The position numbers were made by a program, and so were the translations under genes. A stretch of DNA of 64,000 bases from Octopus vulgaris. Lineage: Eukaryota. Shown piece after piece: positions 52,093 through 64,000 of the stretch (its first letter is position 1; each line of letters opens with the position of its first letter). The DNA lies in contig OX597819.1 in NCBI GenBank assembly GCA_951406725.2, forward strand, positions 108,004,001 to 108,068,000, in the 5' to 3' direction. The notes beneath the pieces are model-generated. The model was given only the letters and a program-made list of their open reading frames with translations. It did not search any database and was not told where the DNA came from.

Positions 52093-54485
52093 CTGAAATT
52101 AAATAAAACAAATCTTAGTATGTAGTAGGTAATGTAGTATATAATTGCCAATTAAGTCATGCCTGTAATTAAAAATAACATGTCTTTGTGTGATTGTATG
52201 AGTATGTACACTTACAATGTGTGAGCAATGAAAGTATACTTATGTGTCCAATGTTGAAAAATAGGCAACTGGTGCTTTCTATTACTATTAAAAAGCTAAA
52301 ATCACTAATACTGATAACATTATGGAAACCTCTAGGTAATCATTTAACCTGCAGAATATAAAACAACCAAATCTCCCTCAAATCACACTCTAGTATCTTA
52401 AAACAGAATAGACGTTTCCTATATATATGCAATACCTAAAATAAGACAAAAAGATTATGACTATAATGTGTTTGATCATAGGTCTCCTCAATAAGGGAAA
52501 TTTGCAGGGGCTGCAATCTAACAACAATGTTACATTTGAAAAAAATACTACCTTCTTGTTTGTATCATACAATACACATTTAAATGCTCCTAATAAAAAC
52601 AAATGTAAATTTGTTTATCATCATCATCATCATCATTTAACGTCCGCTTTCCATGCTAGCATGGGCTGGACGGTTCAACTGGGGTCTGGGGAGCCCGAAG
52701 ACTGCACCAGGCCAGTCAGATCTGGCAGTGTTTCTACAGCTGGATGCCCTTCCTAACGCCAACCACTCCGAGAGTGTAGTGGGTGATTTTATGTGCCACC
52801 GACACAGGTGCCAGACGAGGCTGGCGAACGGCCACGCTCGGATGTTGTTTTTTTATGTGCCACCGACACAGGTGCCAGACGAGGCTGGCAGACGGCCACG
52901 CTCGGATGGTGTTTTTATGTGCCACCGACACAGGTGCCAGATACATACATACATACATACATACACACACACACATATGGTGACTTATATTAGCAAAAGT
53001 ATAGAGATTAAGATTTTATAAGGGAGGATGGAGCTGAGTAAAACACAAATCAAAAATTTGGTCAGCAAGCACAGGAAATAAGATATACAGAAAATCAAGA
53101 CTCCTGGTACATGCATGACTACATGGTTTAAGAGGTCTGTTTCAAAATCATGTTTCCATGTTTGATTCCACTACGCATCACTCTGGTTAAATATTTTCTT
53201 CCCAACTACATGGTTTCAGGCTGTCTGAATGTGGCACCTTGGACAAGGGTTCTACTTTAGCCCCAAGCTGACCAAAGCCTTTATAGGTGGATTTGTGAGA
53301 GGAAACGAAAGCAGCCTGTTATGTATATATGTGTGTCCTTGTTTTGATATCACAGATGATTGTGAATTAGCGTCAGTGTCATTCATTTCCAACATATTGC
53401 GAAAACATGTCCGGCCATGATGAAATATTACCTTGTTTGGAAAGCGAGTGTTGGCAACAGGAAGGATATTCGGCCGTAGAAAATCTGCCTCATTAAACTT
53501 AGTTCGACCCACGCATGCATGGAAAAAAATGCACGTTAGATCAATAATGAAGAGGAATAAATAAACCAAAATAAAGAAGCATGTACACTCAGTCAATTCT
53601 ACAGAGCGAAAAACAACTGGAAATTCAAACATCGTTTTAAACTTTCACAAAGTGAGCCAATTCAGGCTTTCAAATGCGAATAAAATAAATGTATATACTT
53701 CAAATGTAAACAAATTACACGCACACACACAATTTATATCCATTTAAAAGAAAAGAAAATGGAGAAAAGGAAGTTAATGATTGTTTATCTATCTATCTAT
53801 ATATATAACGTTCTCCAACTCTAATTAGCTTCTAATTACAAATAGATATATCGTCAACTCTTGTAGTTCATAGAATCATTTGCACGCCGGGCAAAATGCT
53901 TAGCAGCATTTCGGCTGTCTTTATGTTCTGAGTTCAAATCCCGCCGAGATCGACTTTGCCTTTCATCCTTTCGAGATCGATAAAATAAGTACCAGCCAAG
54001 TACTGTGGTCGATGTAATCGACTTCCCCACGTCCCAAAATTGCTGGCCTTATACCAAAATTTGAAAGCATTACTATTAGTGGCTGTAGTTATGTCGAAAT
54101 TTGTTGAAATTCTTTTGATTTCTATTTTTATCTTTTGACATATCTTTATTGTAGTTGACGTAAACACCTCCTTTTGTGTGTTGCATTTCGTCCTTTGATA
54201 TTGTCTTAAGCTTTTACGGGGAATAAAAATTATCATCATTCATTAATATTTTGTTAGTAAGCATTAATGTTATTGACTGGTGCGGACTCTCAGAAATCGA
54301 AAGGAAGCTTTAAAAAAAACAATAAAAACGCGTTGAAGGCAATTCTTTCTTTTGAAGATCCACGCTAAAACCATTGTGTCGGGCTGGCAATGTTTAAGGA
54401 GGACGAAAGTTTGTTTTCAGAAAAAAACCATCAACACTAATTTTGAAATAACTATTATAAACATATGAAACGAAAGCTACCTCAC
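52093..54485 (-). other. Putative 5' UTR intron of ZNF-E
   Basis: Donor CTGAG|GTGAG at 54485; acceptor TTTAATTTCAG| at 52093. Confidence 0.62.
52617..52940 (-). mobile_element. RTE-type 3' end repeat containing ~63 bp internal tandem units
   Basis: (CAT)n tail; ATGTGCCACCGACACAGGTGCCAGA occurs three times. Confidence 0.78.
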
Positions 54486-54666
54486 CTCAGTATAACTATG
54501 TTCTCTGGATTATTTTACTATTCTCTGCTCCTTAAAAACATTAGCACTATTGAACATTGCTAAGGTGTTCAAGCCACTAAAATTATACACAGTGGTTTCG
54601 ATATCTGACCATTAAATGTCATAAACCATTTGACTGAATGTGGCAAAATCCCGCATGTTATCATCG

Positions 54667-54696
54667 ACCGGAAGTACAGTGATGTTTAACTGATAA
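54667..54696 (-). promoter_or_regulatory. Putative ZNF-E core promoter
   Basis: Sense TATCAGTTA...CTGTACTTCCGGT, about 180 bp upstream of the donor. Confidence 0.55.
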
Positions 54697-54865
54697 ACAA
54701 CGTTCGATATATTGTAAAACCCGGAATGTGAGGGTTTACTATTTCGTTTACTGTGAGGAATGAAGGGGAGGAAACGTTTCGAGTAATTGTCGTTCTTCAG
54801 ATATTAAATATAAGGTTGTTTAGTTTCGAGTCAGCACTGATCCAGTCGGCCTATGATCAAAGAAG

Positions 54866-55287
54866 GGATCTTTTCAGTTTGAACGGCAGTTTTTAACATA
54901 ATTTCTAGGTAACTAAAAAATTTTAAACTTCGTATACTGGTAGAATGTGTTTATAAAACATCTTTTTCTCTTGGCTTTATTGAGAAAATTCTATAGTTTG
55001 TAAGATATTTGTTGTTGTTTTTTCTCCAATTTTTGCAATTTCAACCAATCAATGACGTCCATTGAGGTAAAAAAAAAAAACATTCTGTGCCGTATGAATA
55101 TGTCCCTCGTTTAAAAAACAGATTGGGTTTATTTACATTTGTGAAGAAAAAAAGATACCCTTCCCCACCCCTAACCCTAACCCTGAAACAGATTGAAATG
55201 CAATAGATCGATACTATGGTTATAATTATGGGTGACAATTTCATATGACACCGCTAGAAAAAACCGCTGTTCAAACCGAAAAGATCC
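54866..55287. mobile_element. Second copy of the same MITE
   Basis: Same TIRs and body as 24481-24896; different 8 bp TSD CAAAGAAG. Confidence 0.88.
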
Positions 55288-55599
55288 CAAAGAAGTTCCA
55301 GTCTTGACCATAGTGTCTTTTTCTAGAAATAAAATATGTATTATCGATATAACTACAGCGTGGTGACCCCCATTGACTTTGTTTCCTCATGAGTTCTTTA
55401 AAATGCATATTTATGTTTTGAGGGTGCATATTAGGGTTATGTTGAGAAAATTACAAAATAAATAAATAAATGCAGTTTCGTGTTATACTACACACTTCTT
55501 TCTCGCTTCAAATCCTACTTTCGGTGTCGATCAATAAAATAGCAGTCCAGACTGGAGTCGTTTCTCTTTCTTCTTCTTTTCTTCCTCTTCTTTCTCCCC

Positions 55600-55602
<3 letters not shown>

Positions 55603-55630
<28 letters not shown>

Positions 55631-55631
55631 T

Positions 55632-55673
<42 letters not shown>

Positions 55674-55693
55674 AAGAAGAAGAAGAAGAAGAA
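55603..55693. repeat. (CT)n followed by (GAA)n microsatellite
   Basis: Direct inspection. Confidence 0.95.
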
Positions 55694-56156
55694 ATCGGAT
55701 GTGTTCGGACGTGGAGAAGTATGAGCTCCGCGCCGTTTAAAATGCCCAATATAGGACAGTGTAACCACAACTCAATCAAATGTTGAAAGTATCTATCTGT
55801 GTGTATGAGTGTGTGTGATACAGTTTGAGTGGGCGAGGAGGTCCGTCTATTTCTGTCCCTTATTAAGAAAGAACATGCAAAATTTTCTTTCCCTTGGAGA
55901 AGGACTTTGTTCGAAATGTCAGAAACTTCCTATCAAAGAAGCACATCCTATCAATTACATACTTAATCTTTTCTTCACGAAAATGTTTACTGTCTTACAC
56001 AAGGTAATCTGGCAACGATTTGCTACTTTCATACTCATAATTTTCTTATTGTATATAATATCATTATTATTAGTAATATTATTTTGTATATTTTTTATTT
56101 TTATATTTCTTTTATTTCTTGATTGATTAATTTTTTTTCCCACGGGTTTTGATAAC

Positions 56157-58055
56157 ATGCCGAAGCGAAACTATGACCCTGCGTACATAAAATATGGCTT
56201 CATTGCAATCGAACGTGGAGGAAAAGCTCTTCCGCAGTGTGTACTCTGTATGAAGTCCATTTCCAATGCAGCCATGAAACCCAGTCTGCTCAAACGTCAT
56301 CTTGAGACGAATCACATGGACAAGAAGGACAGAGATCAAGGTTACTTCCAGCGACTTGGCGAGAACGTAAAGCGGCAACGCATATACAAGACTGGCCAGA
56401 TATACCAGAAGAGAGCAGGAATTGTGAAAGCATCCTATGAAGTTGTTCTGGAGGCCAAAAACATGAAGGCGCATACTATTGCTGAGTCTATCGGTCATGC
56501 CAGCGGCAAAGACCTTGGTCAGGTACGTGATTGGAGAGGGAACGGCGGCGAAGTTGGAGAGTGTTTCTGTCTCTAACAACACTGTACAGCACCGTATCGA
56601 GATGTTCGACATTGCCGACCAAGTGAATGAGGGAGTGAGAGCCTCAAAGTACGAGTTTGCTATTCAACTCAACGAATCGACGGACATCACCAACTGCTGT
56701 CAACTACTTGCCTACATCCGCCTCATGCAGAATAATGCTGTGAAGACTGAATTATTGCTGAGCCAGGAGTTTTCCAGTACAACGAAAGGAAAGCATATTT
56801 TCGACGTTTTGGACAATTTCTTCAAGCAGAATGAACTGGATTGTGGAAAGTTGGTCGGATGCACGACTGATGGGGATCTATCTATGCTCGGTCGAAAGTC
56901 AGATTTTCAGGCTCATGTGAAAGCTATATCACCAAACGCCACCGCTGTCCATTGTTTCATACACAGGTTCGCTCTTTGTTCTCAGGTGCTCCCTCCAAAG
57001 TTTTTATCATGCTTGAACCGTGTTATCTGAATCGTGAATTTCGTCAAAACGTTGGCTTTGAATACTCGGCTGTTCAAGATGCTCTGCGAAGATTTCGGCT
57101 CCGACCACATCTGTTTCCTCTACCACACTGACTCTCGCGGGGTTATGCAACGAGGTGTTTATTTGAACTGAGGGATGAACTTCTTGTTTTCTTCATGGAG
57201 AAGGAACACGATTTTCTAAAAGATCTGGAGGATGAGGAGTTTATCTCAAGGTCGGCATACCTGTTGGACATTTTTGGAGCCTACAACTACTTAAACCTAC
57301 CGTTTCAAGGGCCCAACTGCACTGTCACAGAGTTCATCTCAAAGATGGGAGCATTTGTCCGGAAGTTGAATCTGTGGTTAAAGAACGTGGAGAGCAAACG
57401 CTACGGAATGTTCGAACTCCTGATTACACTTGAAGCGAACCCAATGATGAATTTACCCAAGTAATTGTCCGTCACCTTTCATTGTTCAAGACTGAGTTGA
57501 TGCATTACTTTCCGGACGTGACATGTTGTGCCTACATCGCCAATCCATTCTCCGTTGATCCAGCCGAGTTGCCTGTCGGGACCGGGGAACAAGAGGAACT
57601 CATAGATATCCAGGCTGACGAGACAGTAAAGATGAAACATAAAAGAATGCTCTCCTATAAACTTCTGCTTAAGCATGGCCTTCTCGTACCCGACGCTAGC
57701 CCGTCACGCTGTTCCCTAGCTACTGATTTTCTCTTCTACGTGTGAGTGTGAGCAGGGGTTCTTAGCCTTACTGGCCACCAAGTCGAAGAACCGGAACCAT
57801 CTTGCTGCGCCCGGCCATGATTTCCGATGCCCTGTGAGCAAGGCTTTGCCCCGTATTGACCAGCTGGTGGAGAAGAAAGAGATTCAGTCCTCGCATTCAA
57901 TTGAGTTGTGTTCTTTGTTGTTAGTTCATTTGTGTTTTCTACTTCTGATTGAATTGATATCTGATCGAATTGAGTTTTTCTAGAACCAGGTGGTACGCGG
58001 CGGCTGTACGAAATCTCTAAGTGGTACGCGATCACAAAAAGGTTGGTAACCACTG
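56157..58055 (+). mobile_element. hAT Buster/Charlie-type transposon, frameshifted transposase (about 56157-57900)
   Basis: BED finger PQCVLC...MKPSLLKRHLETNH, KAHTIAE, NESTD, CTTDG, HCFIHR; right TIR GGTTGGTAACCACTG ending at 58055; left TIR not found. Confidence 0.88.
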
Positions 58056-59237
58056 CTATATATAAATATACTATCCACCATATACACAAGTTCCACAAAG
58101 GTATATTCACCTAGACTTTTCCTTTTATTTTTTCGGGTTGACCTCGTCTTTCTCCACTTACTTTCCACTCTACACCCACACTCCGAAGAAAGACAACGTC
58201 TAAAAACATTTCATTTCTCTTAGTTCCAAACTAATAAGTTTGATAATAAAATTATCTCATTTTGTTGTTCTTTTGTTTGGAATTTTTTGCCCCCTCTCTC
58301 TTTCTCTCAGCTGTAAACAGTAACCCTGCAACGGACTAGCTTTCCGATATGAGTGATGAGCATACTTCCACACGTGTGCTATCCCGATTTTATTTTCTCA
58401 TAACGTCCAGAAAAATGGATATTTTTCAATGAAATTTTCAACAAATACTCTTCAGGTGATGTAGGTTCTGATTATACCAGAATTTGTGGTGAAAAAAAGA
58501 TTTTTTTTTCGTGAGTTGGGAGAGGAGTTTCGGAAAATTCAGACGACTCGACCTGACTTACTCAAACTTTCAGAGAAATAGATATTTCTTAATAAACTTT
58601 TCAATAAATACCCTTCAGAATGCGTAGATTACGATTATATCGTAATTTAACATGAACAAGAAAATTGGTGAGCACTCACACACACACACACACACACATA
58701 CTGTCACATATATATCTATAAAATGAAACTTAAAATTTTGTAAAAAACAAGAAAAAAAATTGTAGCGTATGTTTGTGTGTGTATTCACCAGTCTTCTTTT
58801 CCATATTGGATAACGATATCGTAATTCACACACTCTGAAAGGTATTTGTAAAAAATTTCATTAAAAAATATCCATTTTTCCAAAAGTTATGAGGAAACAA
58901 AGCTGGCTCCTGAGAATTTTCCGAAACTCTTCACCTCGGAAAATTTTTTCAACACTAATTCCGATTTCATTGAAAAATATTCATTTTCCTCAAAAGTTAT
59001 GAGGAAACAAAATTAAGGTGGAGGTACATATGGGGAGGTATGCCGGGGAATGTTGGCGTGCTCGACTAGCCAGTGGCGTGGCATTATTCGAAAGCTAAAA
59101 CGACGCAAAGTGCATTGTGACCAGCGATGTATAACACCCGATAATCTGGTCAATCACGCGATCACATGAGATATATATATATATATATATGTATGTATAA
59201 GAGAACAAAGTGTACGTACACCGCTATATATATATAT

Positions 59238-59434
59238 AATACAAAATGGGACAAGAACGCAAAACATCCAGATAATCAGCCGAAATTGCGAGGATGATCC
59301 GGTTCTTGACTGAGGATAAAAAGCTTCGAATGACCCGTCCTTGTTTTTTTGTATCGTCTATCTGGATGTTTTGTTGTCCCTTTTTGTATCACTTAGTTGT
59401 CCGGATGTTTTGCGTTCTTATCCCATTTTGTATT
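59238..59434. mobile_element. MITE with ~32 bp TIRs inserted in (TA)n
   Basis: AATACAAAATGGGACAAGAACGCAAAACATCC ... GGATGTTTTGCGTTCTTATCCCATTTTGTATT. Confidence 0.8.
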
Positions 59435-59699
59435 ATATATATATAAATATATATATATACACACACACACGTATGAGAGTGTGTGTATCTTTGTCACTCA
59501 CCACAGTTTGACAACCGGTGCTGGTTTGTTAACGCCTTCGTAGTTAGCAAAAGAGACTGAAACAATAAGTACCAGACTTAAAAAATAAGTATTGGGGTCA
59601 ATTCGTTCGACGGTGGGGTAGCGCCTCAGCTTAACCGCAGTCCAATAACTGAAACAAGTAAAAGATAGAAGGTGTGTACGTGTGTGTGTTTAGCTATAG

Positions 59700-59923
59700 T
59701 AGTATCGGTTAGTTTTCCCTCCTCTATACTTCCGGTCAGTGACACCTCATTCTATGTTGTGCTGCTAAGTTGATAAACCTTCTGTGTTGGTCGTAGTGGA
59801 CAATTAAAGACTGCTGTAGTATCAGCAGACCAGGGACACTTAGGGAGGATGCGTTGCTGTACAATAACTAACTGCAGAGGAGTGTTAAAATGAAGATAAA
59901 GTAGAAAAGAGTGATATTTCGAG
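59700..59923 (+). promoter_or_regulatory. Promoter and non-coding exon 1 of a probable sixth ZNF gene; coding exon not seen in the window
   Basis: TAGTATCGGTTAGT...CTATACTTCCGGT at 59700-59736, then a purine-rich exon ending GAG|GTAAG at 59923/59924. Confidence 0.5.
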
Positions 59924-60309
59924 GTAAGAAAGCTTTTGTTTGCTATGGATATGAAGAAACGTATATGTGTGAATATTTATGTATATTTATATGTAGGCGC
60001 CAATAGATGCGATTTTCTGAACAATAGCAATATAAGTGAACATATATATATAGTCAACATTTGTGCAACCGCAGAATAATGACGTGTAAATTGTTGATGA
60101 ATTTCTGCGAAGTAATTCTCACTTTGAAGCGGTTTCTTTTCCCACTTTTAAAATAACTTTTTAGAAATAATTGTGAATTCGTCACTTGCTTCCAGTATAT
60201 TATTGTATTTAATTCTGAGTGGTGGTCTCTTTGTCTTGTTGATGAGATGTAAAGAAGTTCTTTTTATTGTTTTTGTTGCATTACTTCACTGTTGTGGACC
60301 GCGATATAT

Positions 60310-60512
60310 TGTTGTTTAGCACCAAGTCAACTTTGATCCAGTAGACCTATGATCAAAGGCATTCTAGCCGTGACCATCTCGTTCTTTTAGAGGTATATAT
60401 CACTACATTATCTACCGTGTTTTTTACTTGCCTCAGAATAGCTGACTGTGTTTTGTGAGAAATTTAGCTGTTATTTCTAACAGTTTGAGTAACCATTTAG
60501 AGGCTCATTCAT
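60310..60512 (+). repeat. Abundant old ~200 bp dispersed repeat (more than 15 decayed copies in the window)
   Basis: TGTTGTTTAGC..CAGGTCA...GACCTATGATCAAAGGCATTC.AGC.GTGACCATC...ATTTGGCTGCTATTTCTAG...AGAGGCTC recurs at about 19040, 19260, 20150, 26925, 41010, 42450, 49680, 52330 and 62600-63140. Confidence 0.7.
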
Positions 60513-60979
60513 TAGTCCGATTTTGTAAAATGAACCGCCGAAGAAACTTAAACTTTGTAGGCGAATGCCACTTTGTATTTCTATATTTCATCCGCCTATG
60601 AAATAAAATACAATAAATTCATTTATTCGGAACACTCTTGGATATGTGAACACGCAAATGTAACCAGTATCTGGGGAGCAAAGCTGTGACACTTGCTTGC
60701 ATTATTGTGAAAACGATGCAAAAGTTCTAAAGTAGTCTTTTGTTGTTTTTTTTTTAACACTTCCCGTTTGAAGAAGGCTGAAATTTGGAGGTAAGTGCTC
60801 TGGTCGTAGAATTTAAGTTGTGATCCAGCATTCATTTGATAATGGATGAGTGCTCTCCCTTATTTAAGCCGGTTGTTAGGTTATATCTTTATATGATGGA
60901 TAAAGTATTTGGTATTAAAGATTTTATCTACTTAATGAATCAAATACACACAAATTTCTCTGCCTTCAAAATACAACCT

Positions 60980-61478
60980 GGACCTCACCTGGAATTTGCA
61001 TCACCGGTCTGGAACCCCTATCTTGCCCAGGATATTAATCGTCTGGAAACCGTTCAACGACGTGCAACCAAGAGAATACCCTCCGTCAGGCATTTGCCAT
61101 ATTCTGAATGCCTTACTTCCCTGGTCATGGATACATGGACGTCTGGCAGCTGACTTGGCAGACATCCATAAAATAATTAACCATCTTACAAACAATAACT
61201 CTGAGCACCTTTTCAAACTCCACCTGTCTAATACCTGTGGACATGTTTACAAAGTCAGAAAACAGCACAGCTCCCATGACTTTCGGAAACATTTTTTCAC
61301 GCTAAGAGTTGCTGAAGTATGGAACAAACTGCCGGCATCAGTTGTTAATTGTCGGAGCACTGCATCCTTCAAAATTTCCATGCTTCTTGAGATTCGCCAA
61401 CACTACACCTGATTTTCTCCCCTCTATACACACGCAAGCATGTATCTGACTCATACACTGTTCACTTTCCAAACATTT
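60980..61478 (+). mobile_element. Diverged CR1 LINE 3' fragment
   Basis: PHLEFASPVWNPY and HSSHDFRKHFFTLRVAEVWNKLP match the C-terminus of the 5092 ORF. Confidence 0.88.
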
Positions 61479-61639
61479 GGAGGAATTACAACCGTGTTTC
61501 ATGGTCTGCTACCACAACAGCTCCTTTATAGGATCCAGTTAGCTCAAGACATCATCAGGAGGAACCATGTCTGGTTTCGGCCCCTACTCCTCTTCAGTTT
61601 TTGGCTGATAAGGACCAGAAGATCTGTGAGCGCAGAATC

Positions 61640-61776
61640 ATGAAGTTGCCAGAAAGATGGCAAAAGATCATCGAACAAAATGGAAAATATATAATTATTT
61701 AAAGTTCATTCTTTGTATGAAAAAAATGACTTTTATTTCACACTAAAACACCAAAATTACTTTCTTGCCAACCCAA
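61640..61776 (+). mobile_element. Mariner 3' end fragment
   Basis: KLPERWQKIIEQNGKY, then the terminus TTACTTTCTTGCCAACCCAA|TA. Confidence 0.75.
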
Positions 61777-64000
61777 TATTATGTTCTTTTAATAAATAAT
61801 TGATGCATCATGTAGTGGACAAGTGCTCTCTCTTACGTAAACTGGATGTAGCGTTATTTGTTGAGTCTTTCATGCATGTTATAGCTGAGAGAAAAAGAGT
61901 AGGAAGACCTTGATTTGATGGTAGAGTGGACCTGACGTCTCTTAAAGCTTATACTACCCTTTTCACATGTTTCTCTTGAGATAATTATAACTTATAGGTT
62001 TATGTGAGCTTCAACTTGGAACCCTCAGTAGAGTAAAAGTTATGTACTATGCCAGCTGAGATATTACTGACATAGTGTCAAAAAGATCCCTAACAGTAGA
62101 CATCAACTGGCACGGTGAATGTTACATTGGATTGTAAGTGTAAAGATGTTGAATTCAAATCTGATGAATGTTGTGTATTTAGAAAGTATACTTTTTTTTT
62201 TACATAGATAAATATATTTCACTATTTCAAGATCATATACCAGATCAGTTGATAATGTGTCCTATTGAATATGTTTTTCTCCAAAGGAAAGATGTCTTTT
62301 TTTATCTATTTAATACCAGGAAACCAGATACAATCACTCCTTTCAGAGTTTTGTAATTTAAGGTTCCAAGAGTGCTGACACCCTACCCACTATTTCTGTA
62401 AATTTTTTTTCTCAGCTAAAATGTTGAATGTCTTGTAGTGGTTAAGCCATGACAGCACACACTCTATAATTACTGAAATGAAGAGTTTAGTTTCCTTTGA
62501 GTACCTTTTCGAAGTTGTAGATGAACTTTTTCACACTATTATGCTATTATAACTTAATTTCCTGGCAGACTGCAGTAGTTGATTGGTAGTTGATTAGTCC
62601 CAAGTTAGTTCTTAACAAGTATACTTATGATCAAAGCACTCTATGATATCATTTTCAAACAGTATAAATCTACATTATCCAAAGTGTCCTTCCTATTTTT
62701 AAAATAGTAAACTATGATTTTTGTTTGTTATTTTTAACAGATCTAGCAGCCATGTAGAGGCTCTTTCGTTGGCTTTAGATGAAAAAAAACAAAAAAAAAC
62801 AGCTGTTTGTTGAGATTTTATATTGACAGTTAAAATGCAATATTTTACTTTGATAATGTGACACTGTCTCTCTAGGACCACATCATTCAATGTGTCCTTT
62901 TCTTTTCAAGATTGTTGGGTGTAATTTGAGGGAGAGTTGGCTAGTATTTCTAGTGGACCGAGTGACAATGTAGTAACTCCAGTTGTGTAATGTTAATGCA
63001 GTTGTTTAGCTCCAGGTTAACTCTGATTGAATGAACCTAATAACAAAGATATCCCAGCTGTGACTATCTTGTCTTTTATTCAGATAGAATTACATTACCC
63101 AGTGCATCCTATTTCTAGATTAGTAGGGTGTCATTTCTAGCAATTAGACCAACTTCATTGAAGTAGCTGTTTTGGCTTGTGTCTGTAATAGGTGGAGCTG
63201 GAAACAAAGTGAGAGGCAAGAGTGGTAATTATGGAAATATGGAACATAGTAATGGGAGTAAAATATATTGCTTGGCAGTACCCAGGAGATGAGAAATGGA
63301 AATATATTTTGCTCAGTGGCAGTTCTAAAGATTTGACAAAGTTCTAGCTTATGTTTTGACTTAAGTAACTCGTGTATAAATTGTATGAATATATTTACTG
63401 ACATAAACAGCTAGAATATATAAAGTAAGATGAATGTGTTGATAATTTTTGTGTTGTAAGTTGTGAAGATGGGGGTATTTTTTTTTCATTTCATATTGCA
63501 ATTGGTTACCATTAGTGTCAGTGATAGTTACAGGCTTCCAACAAAGCAATCACAAGTTATCTCTATTTCTGATAGTGATTGTGCAGGACAAATATTGTAA
63601 AGAACTTTGTTTGAACAGCACTGTTTTTTTGGTTTCTTACTGATGTTTATGCCTCTTGATGAAAAATATCTACACACACTCACTTCATCATCATTATCAT
63701 TTTAATATCTACTTTCCTATTTTTGTATGGGTTAGATGTTTATTTGAGGCAGATTTTCTATTGCTGGATGCCCTTCCTGTCACCAACTTTCACTGTTACT
63801 AAGCAAAGTAATATTTCCTTATGGCCAAACATGTTCTTGCAGAATATTGGAAATGCATGACACTGCTTATATGACAGTGACATTCATTTACAACTATCCT
63901 ACCATTCACAAGGTTTTGGTTGATCCAGAGCTATAGAAGAAGGCACTTACCCAAGATGCCACACAGTAAGACTGAACCCGAAACCATGCGGCTAGGAAGC

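Noticed and set aside
52790-52940. Regularly spaced direct repeats resembling a CRISPR array
   Set aside because: The spacers are also repeated, so these are tandem units in a retroposon 3' region; eukaryotic context with no cas genes.
56157-57900. Domesticated ZBED/Buster-type gene
   Set aside because: Multiple frameshifts and stops and a retained terminal repeat indicate a dead transposon.

Overview
AT-rich, repeat-dense eukaryotic DNA. The gene content and repeat families are most consistent with a coleoid cephalopod such as Octopus (inference, no database search run). The window holds a tandem cluster of five intact C2H2 zinc-finger genes with 9-15 fingers each, a single coding exon and no recognisable effector domain. 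The apparent promoter and first exon of a sixth gene also lie here, with its coding exon not seen in the window. Each gene appears to be built on one cassette: a shared promoter motif (sense TACTTCC[G/T]GT in 5 of 6), a short non-coding exon 1 ending GAG|GT, a 2-3.5 kb TE-filled intron, an ATTTCAG acceptor, and a 5' UTR plus the whole finger array. Between the genes lie a near-intact CR1-clade LINE, decayed Tx1/L1, RTE, Tc1/mariner, hAT, Helitron and possible Penelope remnants, several MITEs with TIRs and TSDs, many tRNA-type SINEs, microsatellites, a 1.1 kb near-perfect tandem duplication and several inverted repeats. Exon and promoter calls come from motifs only. TE boundaries without TIRs or TSDs are approximate.
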